This document shows, piece after piece, positions 56,363-64,000 of a stretch of DNA of 64,000 bases (position 1 is its first letter; every line of letters begins with the position of its first letter). Made by a program: the position numbers and the translations under genes. This DNA comes from Candidatus Multivorans sp. (GTDB taxonomy: Bacteria > Acidobacteriota > Thermoanaerobaculia > Multivoradales > Multivoraceae): positions 1,696,001 to 1,760,000 of the forward strand of contig OZ251997.1 in the NCBI GenBank assembly GCA_965247095.1. Direction: 5' to 3'. The notes under the pieces were generated by a model, which did not search any database, was not told the origin of the DNA, and saw nothing but the letters and a program-made list of their open reading frames with translations.

Positions 56363-59300
56363 AGACCGTGCCGGCCTCATAGTATGTCCGCGCGTCTTTT
56401 GGGAATCGGAGCGCTCAGGGCGGCAGCAATCCTCGGAGCGCTAGCCGTTGGCGCAGGTCCGCTCCACGGGCAGCGCCTGCTTAGCTTTGGCCCGCAAGTC
56501 GAGGTCCTCCCGAGCGTTGACGCCATAGGCACAGTCACCGCCATCCTCCCTCAGAACGCCCAGATCGACCTGGAGCTGCTCCGCTCCGGGCCGCTGCGAC
56601 TGGAAGTGCCGACTCCCGACGGCCGCCTGCTCGTGCTCGAGCGCACCGTCTTCGAAGAACGCGGCGGCGGCGACGTCATGTGGTCCGGACGCTTCCCGGG
56701 CGCTGCCTACGACACGGTCGTCTTGACGATTCGGGACGGTTCGCTCGTGGGCCGGATCGCCGAGCAGCTTGGAGGCAGCAGGTTTCAGATCAGCGCCGAC
56801 CCTTTCGGCGGCGGCCGGATGATGACCGCCGCCGCCGCGTCGACGGCCCTGGCACCCTACTTGGGGATACCCGGCCAGGACCCGGAGATACCCGGCCAGG
56901 ACGTGGACGACTTCTGCCCGGTCGGCCGGGGGCTGCGGGATCCGAGAGGTCTCCTGCGGTTCGAGCAGATCCCTCGGCTGTCCACGCTTGACCCCGAGCA
57001 GCTCCAACCGGGGCTAGTCCGCGCGGCGAGCAGCCACTCGGCCATTCTGGAACTCCTGGTCCTCTACACGGCGAGGGCTGCCAGCAACTGGACCGCGCGT
57101 GGGATGACCGCGCAGGCCGCGGTCCAGAACGCTGTGGACTACTTGAACATGGTGCTCCGAAACAGCGATCTCGACGCGAGCGCCACGCTCGTCCACACCG
57201 CCCAGGCGCCCGGACACTTCAACCGCGTCGCCGGCGACGGACTCGACTTGTTCCAGCAGGACCTTCTGTGGCAACTCAATTGGAATAGCGGTGAAGTTAA
57301 ACAGCTCCAGACCGATCACGGTACCGACATCGTCCACCTGTTCAGTGGCGAGCCGGGCCACTTGCTCGGTTGGTGCGGCGTCGCCTACGTCCCGGGAGCG
57401 GGCTACACGGCAGCGGACTTCGCCGACTCCGCGATGGGAGTGACATCGAACAACTGCGGCAAGGACGAGGCTGAGGTCTTTGCCCACGAGGTCGGCCACA
57501 ACCTCGGCGCCCATCACAATCCCGAAGCCGCTCAAACGACCAACCCCGTACAACCCTACGCCTTCGGCCACTACGACCTGGACGGTTGGCCCGCGGTCGG
57601 GACGATCATGAGCTACATCGGCGACCCCCAACCGACCTTCTCGACGGTACATCTCACGCCCGGTGGGCGTGAGATGGGCATTCGGAACGAGCGCGAGAAC
57701 GCGCGCGCGCTTGAGGGAACTGTAGACATCGCCGACGTCTACGACAGCGGTCTCCCTTCCTATGCGAACGCCCCGGACGCGCCCGGCGGCTTTCAGGCGA
57801 CAAACTCCGGTTCAACTAGCGTCGGCGTGACGTGGGAGGACAACTCCTCGAACGAAACCGGCTTTTATCTTGGTTGGCTGGACGCGGCAAGCAACACTTG
57901 GGCCTTTGGAACCGCTTCAGCCAACAGCGAGTCAACAACTATTCCGAGCTTGAGTTCGACCACTCGCTACTTCCTGTCTGTAGAGGCGTACCGCACTATC
58001 TCCGGTCAACACTATTTCTCCCCTGCGAGCTACACGACGATCGTGATGCCGGGCGCCAAGCCGACGGCACCAAGCGGACTGGCTGCAACCTGTTGCAGCA
58101 ACGGCATCTTGGCCCTGACGTGGACCGACAACTCGAACAACGAGAGCGGATTCGAAATCCACGCTTTGCGGGATGGCGCCGTCCTGTACAAAGTGCCCGT
58201 GGAAGCGAATAGGCAGAGCGTCAGCCTGTACGCGTCCTTCTTTCGCGGGGACCTGAGCTTTCGAGTGTACTCGTGGAACAACTCGGTATCGGGCTACGCC
58301 TATTCCGCAAGCAGCAACACCGCGACGCTGTCCATTGCGGCGCCGACGGCGCCGACGAATCTCAGGGCGAGCGCTTCCGGCCCGAACTCCGTGCGGCTGA
58401 CCTGGACGGACAACTCAAGCAACGAGACCGGCTTCTACCTTGGCGCCTACACGCTTGGGGGTTGGAACTATGGGTTCCAGCTTGCGGCGAATACCGAGTC
58501 AGCCGAGGTCAGTGGCTTGGCGCCGGGGGTGGGCTACTACTTCGTTGTCAGAGCAAACGACAGCAACGGCCTATCTTCGAACCCAGCCACGATCGTACTG
58601 GGCACGCTCGGCTCCGGCCCCATGGCGCCGAGCGCGCTCGCGTACACGTCAACAGGGGCTTCGTCGGGGCGTCTGGCCTGGACCGACAGCTCAAGCAACG
58701 AAACGGGCTTTGAAGTTCTCAAGTCTTCTTTCACCGACTTCGGTCGACCGGAAAGGCTCGGTCTGGTTGGCGCCGGCACAACGACCTTCGACGTCTCAGC
58801 GCATGCGTCGGACAACACGTATCGGGTCATCTCCTACAACGCCAGCGGCGCGTCACCGAGCAAGGCCCTGTACTTCGACATCGGCCTGGAGACCATTGAG
58901 CTATACACGAGCAGCGATCAGGCAGTGGCGCTGTCGCCCGACTTCGTTTGGGACACCTCGACCTACACCGCGACCGTCGCGCACAGCGTAAGCGACGTAT
59001 CGCTCTACTTTGGGCAGTACTCGGATGGCGGTTCCAGCGTCACCGTCAACGGAACGAGCGTCGCTCCGGCAACGGCGATCCCGATTGCTCTTCCCAACAC
59101 GGGGTCCACGACGAACGACATCTCTGTCGTGGTCACCGCGCCCGACGGTGTGACCACGAGCACGTACACCTTTCAAGTGACCCGGCAGGCAGACACGTCT
59201 AATCCGAAGATCACCCTGTTGCTGGATCCGCCGACGATCGACGAAGACCCTGCCGGAACGAACAGGTCGACGGTCAGAGCGACGCTGGCGGCGCCGGCGA

Positions 59301-62300
59301 CGTCGCAGTTCCAGTTTGAGATTTCAACCAGCGGCCTAGGCCACACGTTGAGCTCGAACAAGAAACTGCGGTTCAACCAAGGGGCGACGACGAGCACAAG
59401 GAACGTGAGGATCACCGCCGTAAACGACAGCACCGCCTCAGACGACCGCATTGTCACCGTCTCCGCAACTCTGGGCAACAACACACCGGCGACGGCGCCG
59501 GACAGCGTGTATCTCCTCATCCGGGAGGACGAACCGGCATCGCCTACGGTCAACCTGGTGTTGACGCCCTCAGCTATCGACGAAGACCCGAACGGCGCGA
59601 ACAGCTCAACGGTCAGCGCCACGTTGTCCGGGCCCGCTCCGGCAGACTTCACGGTAACGGTCAGCAGCAGCGGCAGCGGTCATTCGTTGAGTGCGAACCC
59701 AGTGCTCAGCTTCGCCCGGTACGCCACTACGAGCACCGGCACCGTGACGATCAGCGCCACGAACGACAGCGTCTACACCGCCAACCGAACAGTCACCGTC
59801 TCGGGAACACTGAGCACCGGCGCTTCGGCAACAGCGCCGGGCGACGTTCAACTGACCATCACGGAAGACGAACCGGCGCCCAGGATCGCCTTGGCGCTGT
59901 CATCGGCAACGATCGACGAAGCTGCGAGCGGGACGAACAGCTCCACCGTCACGGCGACGCTACCGACGGCGGCCCTTGAGGCCTTTGATTTGACCGTCCA
60001 GACATCCGGCGCAAGCCACGCCCTGAGCACGAACAGGGTTCTGCACTTCGCCAAGGACGCCACCGCCAGCACCGGAACTGTGACGATCTCGGCCGTCGAC
60101 GACAGCGACTACACGGGAAACAGAGCGGTGACGGTTTGGGGAATTCCAACCTGGGCCGCTCCCGCCTCGGCTTCCGACACAGTGACGCTCACGGTCGCCG
60201 ACGACGACACACCCACGGTCACACTGGTGTTGACGCCCTCATCTATCGACGAGAACCCGAGCGGCACGAACAGCTCCGTCGTTACCGCAACGCTGGCTCA
60301 GGCGTCGGTGTCGGCGTTCACGGTCACCGTCTCGACCTCGGGAACGGGCCACACGCTGAGTTCGAACCCGGTGCTCAGCTTCGCCGAGAACGCCACCGCC
60401 AGCACCGGCACCGTGACCATCACCGCCGCCAACGACGACAGCTACACCGGCGACGACACGGTCACCGTCTCCGGCGCGCTCAGCAACGGCGCGCCGGCCC
60501 AGGCGCCAAACGACGCGACGCTCACGATCACGGAGGACGACCCGCTGCCGAAGGTGGCGCTGGTTCTGGCAACGAACCCGATCAACGAGAGCGGCGCCGG
60601 CAACTCGACGGCGGTGACGGCAACCCTGCCATCCGCCGCGGTCTCGGCCTTCACGGTCACCGTCTCGACCTCGGGGTCGGGCCACACGCTGAGTTCGAAC
60701 CCGGTGCTCAGCTTCGCCGAGAACGCCACCGCCAGCACCGGCACCGTGACCATCACCGCCGCCAACGACGACAGCTACACCGGCGACGGCACGGTCACCG
60801 TCTCCGGCGCCCTCAGCAACGGCGCGCCGGCCCAGGCGCCCGACGACGCGACGCTCACGATCACGGAGGACGAGTCGGCGCCGAAGGTGGCGCTGGTCCT
60901 GGCAACGAACCCAATCAACGAGAGCGGCGGCAATTCGACGGCGGTGACGGCAACCCTGCCATCCGCCGCGGTCTCGGCCTTCACGGTCACCATCTCGACC
61001 TCGGGATCGGGCCACACGCTGAGTTCGAACCCGGTGCTCAGCTTCGCCGAGAACGCCACCGCCAGCACCGGCACCGTGACCATCACCGCCGCCAACGACG
61101 ACAGCTACACCGGCGACGACACGGTCACCGTCTCCGGCGCCCTAAGCGACAGCGCACCGGCCCAGGCGCCCGACGACGTGACGCTCACGATCACGGACGA
61201 CGAACCGCTGCCAAAGGTGGCGCTGGTCCTGGCAACGAACCCGATCGCCGAGAGCGGCGACGGCAACTCGACGACGGTGACGGCAACCTTGCCATCGGCC
61301 GCGGTTTCCGCGTTCACGGTCACCGTCTCGACTTCGGGAACGGGCCACACGCTGAGTGCGGACCCGGTGCTCAGCTTCGCCGAGAACGCCACTTCCAGCA
61401 CCGGGACCGTGACCATCACTGCCGCCAACGACGACAGCTACACCGGCGACGACACGGTCACCGTCTCCGGCGCCCTAAGCGACAGCGCACCGGCCCAGGC
61501 GCCCGACGACGTGACGCTCACGATCACGGACGACGAGCCGGCGCCGAAGGTGGCGTTGGTCCTGGCGACGAACCCGATCGCCGAGAGCGGCGACGGCAAC
61601 TCGACGACGGTGACGGCAACCTTGCCATCGGCCGCGGTCTCCGCGTTCGCGGTCACCGTCTCGGCCTCGGGGGCGGGCCACACGCTGAGTGCGAACCCGG
61701 TGCTCAGCTTCGCCGAGAACGCCACTTCCAGCACCGGGACCGTGACCATCACCGCCACCAACGACGACAGCTACACCGGCGACGACACGGTCACCGTCTC
61801 CGGCACCCTCAGCAACGGCGCGCCGGCCCAGGCGCCCGACGACGCGACGCTCACGATCACGGAGGACGAGTCGGCGCCGAACCCGAAGTCGAGCTCGAAC
61901 GCGGACCTGTCCGGCCTGGCGCTGGCTGACGCCGGCGGCCAAAGCGTGACGCTCTCCCCAGCCTTCAGCGCAAGCGTTGCGACCTACTCTGCGAGCGTCG
62001 CGAACGTTGTCGACAGCGTCACGGTCACACCGACGGCCACCGATAGCGCCACTCTCATTCAGGTGAACAACGTACCGCTCGCAAGTGGCTCGACAAGCGG
62101 GAGTATCGCGCTGCTTAACACGGGATCCACCGCCAACACGATCGCCGTGTTCGTTACGGCAGCCGACCGCGTGACAACGAAGACCTACACCATCCAGGTG
62201 ACCAGGCAGGAAGCCTCGCCGCCGCCACCGCCGCCGCCGGAACCGGATTCGAACGCGAACCTCGCCGGATTGGCCCTTGCCGCTGCCGACGGGCAAGCTG

Positions 62301-63790
62301 TGCCCCTCTCGCCGGCGTTTCGCGGCGCCGTTGCGGCCTACAGCGCTCGCGTGGCGGCCGCGATCGACAGCGTCACGGTGACCCCGACCGTTGAGAAGCC
62401 GGAAGCCCGTGTGACCGTGAACGGCGGGCCGGTGTCAAGCGGCGCGCCAAGCGAGATGATCGAGTTGAGCTACAGCGGCTCCCTGCCGAACGAGATCCGC
62501 GTGGTCGTGACCGCAGAGGACGGGAGGACGATGAAGACCTACAGGGTCCACGTGACGCGGGAAATGGAACCGCCGGAAGCACATCCCACTGAGACGCTGA
62601 CCGCTTGGCCGAGAGACTCGGGGACCGTTCTGACCTGGGGCGGGCAATGGGCGGATCCATCGCTCGGCACACTCGTCATCGAGGCGCGCAGTCAGGAGTC
62701 CGGCTCGTTCGTCGCGGCGACCGCCCAGGTAGAGGGTCGCAGTCAGGATTCCGGCTGGTTCATCATGACGACCGCCCTGGCAGAGGAGCGTCGCGCGGAG
62801 ATCCACTCCCTGGAGAACTCCGTGCCGTACAGCTTCCGCCTAGCAGCCGAAATGGAGGACGGGGAGCACCGTTACTCCGAACAGGAGAACGCCATGATCG
62901 GTCTGATCGGCGGACCGTGCCGGAATGACGAGCAGCACCTGTGCCTGCAGAACGGGCGGTTCGAGGTGCAAACGCACTGGGCGAACCCGTACGTTTCGGG
63001 GGACTCCGGCCTGGCCACTGCGGCTCGGATCGACCACTCGGACGAATCGGGCCTGTTCTGGTTCTTCGAACCAAGCAACATCGAACTCGTGATCAAAGTG
63101 TTGGACGGCCGGTCGTGGAACGACAACTACTGGGTCTTCTTCGGCGCGTTGTCGGACGTGGAGTACTGGATCAGCGTGCGGGATGTCGTCACCGGCAGTC
63201 AACGCACGTACCACAACCCTCCGAAGGAGGTCTGCGGACAGAGCGACGTATCTGCCTTCCCCGGCACGGGCGCAAACGACAGCACCGCGGCCGGGCCAGC
63301 CTCCAAGTTGCCGCCGGGCGCTGCCGGCCTCGAGATGCTGAAGATGCAGCTCGCGCCGCTTGATTCCACCAGCCTCTTCGAACGCAAGCGGATCGCGAAT
63401 CTGGCGAGCCAGAGCGACGGCGGCGGGCGCTGCAAGCCGAGCGAGAACCGGCTGTGTCTGCTCAAGGACCGTTTCTCTGTCGAGGTCCGATTCGTCGATC
63501 CCAACGAGGACCCGGCGAAGGCGGAGAAGGTCGCCAGGGTGGCCGCTTCGCCGAGAACGGAGAACACGGGCTTCCTCTGGTTCTTCAACCCGGAGAACCT
63601 GGAGCTGGCGGTGAAGCTGTTGGACGGCCGGGCGCTCAACGGCACGTTCTGGTTCCTGTACGGAGGCCTCTCCGATGTCGAGTACACGATCACGGTCACG
63701 GACACGGCGACCGCCACGTCCAAGACCTACACCAACGAAGCCGGTAGCATGTGCGGCCAAATCGACATCGACGCACTGCTGCCTGAATGA
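56342..63790 (+). CDS. Giant secreted protein: reprolysin-like (M12B) Zn-metalloprotease, FN3 repeats, cadherin-like sandwiches, eight ~111-aa beta-rich repeats, two C-terminal lineage-type domains
   Basis: Signal peptide (start may be ATG 56384), HEVGHNLGAHH + TIMSY Met-turn, four WxD(N/S)SxNExGF FN3 units, NADLSGL..LSPAF..Y domains, Thr/Ser-rich repeats. Confidence 0.88.
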   Translation: MKTSKGHRPCRPHSMSARLLGIGALRAAAILGALAVGAGPLHGQRLLSFGPQVEVLPSVDAIGTVTAILPQNAQIDLELLRSGPLRLEVPTPDGRLLVLERTVFEERGGGDVMWSGRFPGAAYDTVVLTIRDGSLVGRIAEQLGGSRFQISADPFGGGRMMTAAAASTALAPYLGIPGQDPEIPGQDVDDFCPVGRGLRDPRGLLRFEQIPRLSTLDPEQLQPGLVRAASSHSAILELLVLYTARAASNWTARGMTAQAAVQNAVDYLNMVLRNSDLDASATLVHTAQAPGHFNRVAGDGLDLFQQDLLWQLNWNSGEVKQLQTDHGTDIVHLFSGEPGHLLGWCGVAYVPGAGYTAADFADSAMGVTSNNCGKDEAEVFAHEVGHNLGAHHNPEAAQTTNPVQPYAFGHYDLDGWPAVGTIMSYIGDPQPTFSTVHLTPGGREMGIRNERENARALEGTVDIADVYDSGLPSYANAPDAPGGFQATNSGSTSVGVTWEDNSSNETGFYLGWLDAASNTWAFGTASANSESTTIPSLSSTTRYFLSVEAYRTISGQHYFSPASYTTIVMPGAKPTAPSGLAATCCSNGILALTWTDNSNNESGFEIHALRDGAVLYKVPVEANRQSVSLYASFFRGDLSFRVYSWNNSVSGYAYSASSNTATLSIAAPTAPTNLRASASGPNSVRLTWTDNSSNETGFYLGAYTLGGWNYGFQLAANTESAEVSGLAPGVGYYFVVRANDSNGLSSNPATIVLGTLGSGPMAPSALAYTSTGASSGRLAWTDSSSNETGFEVLKSSFTDFGRPERLGLVGAGTTTFDVSAHASDNTYRVISYNASGASPSKALYFDIGLETIELYTSSDQAVALSPDFVWDTSTYTATVAHSVSDVSLYFGQYSDGGSSVTVNGTSVAPATAIPIALPNTGSTTNDISVVVTAPDGVTTSTYTFQVTRQADTSNPKITLLLDPPTIDEDPAGTNRSTVRATLAAPATSQFQFEISTSGLGHTLSSNKKLRFNQGATTSTRNVRITAVNDSTASDDRIVTVSATLGNNTPATAPDSVYLLIREDEPASPTVNLVLTPSAIDEDPNGANSSTVSATLSGPAPADFTVTVSSSGSGHSLSANPVLSFARYATTSTGTVTISATNDSVYTANRTVTVSGTLSTGASATAPGDVQLTITEDEPAPRIALALSSATIDEAASGTNSSTVTATLPTAALEAFDLTVQTSGASHALSTNRVLHFAKDATASTGTVTISAVDDSDYTGNRAVTVWGIPTWAAPASASDTVTLTVADDDTPTVTLVLTPSSIDENPSGTNSSVVTATLAQASVSAFTVTVSTSGTGHTLSSNPVLSFAENATASTGTVTITAANDDSYTGDDTVTVSGALSNGAPAQAPNDATLTITEDDPLPKVALVLATNPINESGAGNSTAVTATLPSAAVSAFTVTVSTSGSGHTLSSNPVLSFAENATASTGTVTITAANDDSYTGDGTVTVSGALSNGAPAQAPDDATLTITEDESAPKVALVLATNPINESGGNSTAVTATLPSAAVSAFTVTISTSGSGHTLSSNPVLSFAENATASTGTVTITAANDDSYTGDDTVTVSGALSDSAPAQAPDDVTLTITDDEPLPKVALVLATNPIAESGDGNSTTVTATLPSAAVSAFTVTVSTSGTGHTLSADPVLSFAENATSSTGTVTITAANDDSYTGDDTVTVSGALSDSAPAQAPDDVTLTITDDEPAPKVALVLATNPIAESGDGNSTTVTATLPSAAVSAFAVTVSASGAGHTLSANPVLSFAENATSSTGTVTITATNDDSYTGDDTVTVSGTLSNGAPAQAPDDATLTITEDESAPNPKSSSNADLSGLALADAGGQSVTLSPAFSASVATYSASVANVVDSVTVTPTATDSATLIQVNNVPLASGSTSGSIALLNTGSTANTIAVFVTAADRVTTKTYTIQVTRQEASPPPPPPPEPDSNANLAGLALAAADGQAVPLSPAFRGAVAAYSARVAAAIDSVTVTPTVEKPEARVTVNGGPVSSGAPSEMIELSYSGSLPNEIRVVVTAEDGRTMKTYRVHVTREMEPPEAHPTETLTAWPRDSGTVLTWGGQWADPSLGTLVIEARSQESGSFVAATAQVEGRSQDSGWFIMTTALAEERRAEIHSLENSVPYSFRLAAEMEDGEHRYSEQENAMIGLIGGPCRNDEQHLCLQNGRFEVQTHWANPYVSGDSGLATAARIDHSDESGLFWFFEPSNIELVIKVLDGRSWNDNYWVFFGALSDVEYWISVRDVVTGSQRTYHNPPKEVCGQSDVSAFPGTGANDSTAAGPASKLPPGAAGLEMLKMQLAPLDSTSLFERKRIANLASQSDGGGRCKPSENRLCLLKDRFSVEVRFVDPNEDPAKAEKVARVAASPRTENTGFLWFFNPENLELAVKLLDGRALNGTFWFLYGGLSDVEYTITVTDTATATSKTYTNEAGSMCGQIDIDALLPE
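59204..61876 (+). repeat. Intragenic tandem repeat, 8 units of 330-339 bp
   Basis: Unit starts near 59204, 59543, 59879, 60212, 60548, 60881, 61211, 61544; the last four are nearly identical at DNA level. Confidence 0.9.
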
Positions 63791-63844
63791 CCGTTGACGA
63801 GCGCGACTGTGTCTGGTTGCGCAGAGTTGCTCTACTACAGGCGC

Positions 63845-63873
63845 TTGACAGCAATCCTCCTATTCCTTAGCCT
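63845..63873 (+). promoter_or_regulatory. Putative sigma70 promoter for a gene beyond the window
   Basis: TTGACA(63845-63850)-17 bp-TAGCCT(63868-63873). Confidence 0.55.
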
Positions 63874-64000
63874 CTCTGCCCGTTCGATCTCCAGGAACTC
63901 TACGGCGCAGCGATCCGCCGCAGATCGCAAGCTGCTCTCTGACCGGACTTCGCGCGCAGATGCTCATTCACCCCGCACCCGGTTCCGCTTCGACCGTGTC

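Noticed and set aside
56866-56902. 21-bp in-frame duplication (IPGQDPE/IPGQDVD), and a similar 12-bp one near 18612
   Set aside because: Ordinary slippage in linker regions with no evident function

Overview
High-GC bacterial chromosomal window. GWxTD/VWA proteins, the DUF1592/DUF1552 pair and the C-terminal repeat domain of a giant surface protein suggest Acidobacteriota, probably Thermoanaerobaculia-like and possibly host-associated; this is an inference. About 45 genes are present: PQQ quinoproteins, hydrolases, hflX, rne, gloB, lpxD, tag, an ABC exporter and others. Accessory material includes RES-Xre and VapBC toxin-antitoxin pairs, a PARIS-like AAA+DUF4435 defence pair and a candidate lanthanide-type PQQ alcohol dehydrogenase module with a CX3CH cytochrome. 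Two IS4-family elements are nested one inside the other, with both target-site duplications intact, in front of a 2482-aa metalloprotease/adhesin. There are also deletion-eroded genes and several repeat classes. The most unexplained signal is a roughly 320-nt structured transcription unit between rne and a molybdo-enzyme gene. It has a promoter candidate, many hairpins, a Shine-Dalgarno almost fully complementary to the 16S 3' tail, a 14-codon CxC peptide ORF and an intrinsic terminator. All calls were made by eye; no searches were run.
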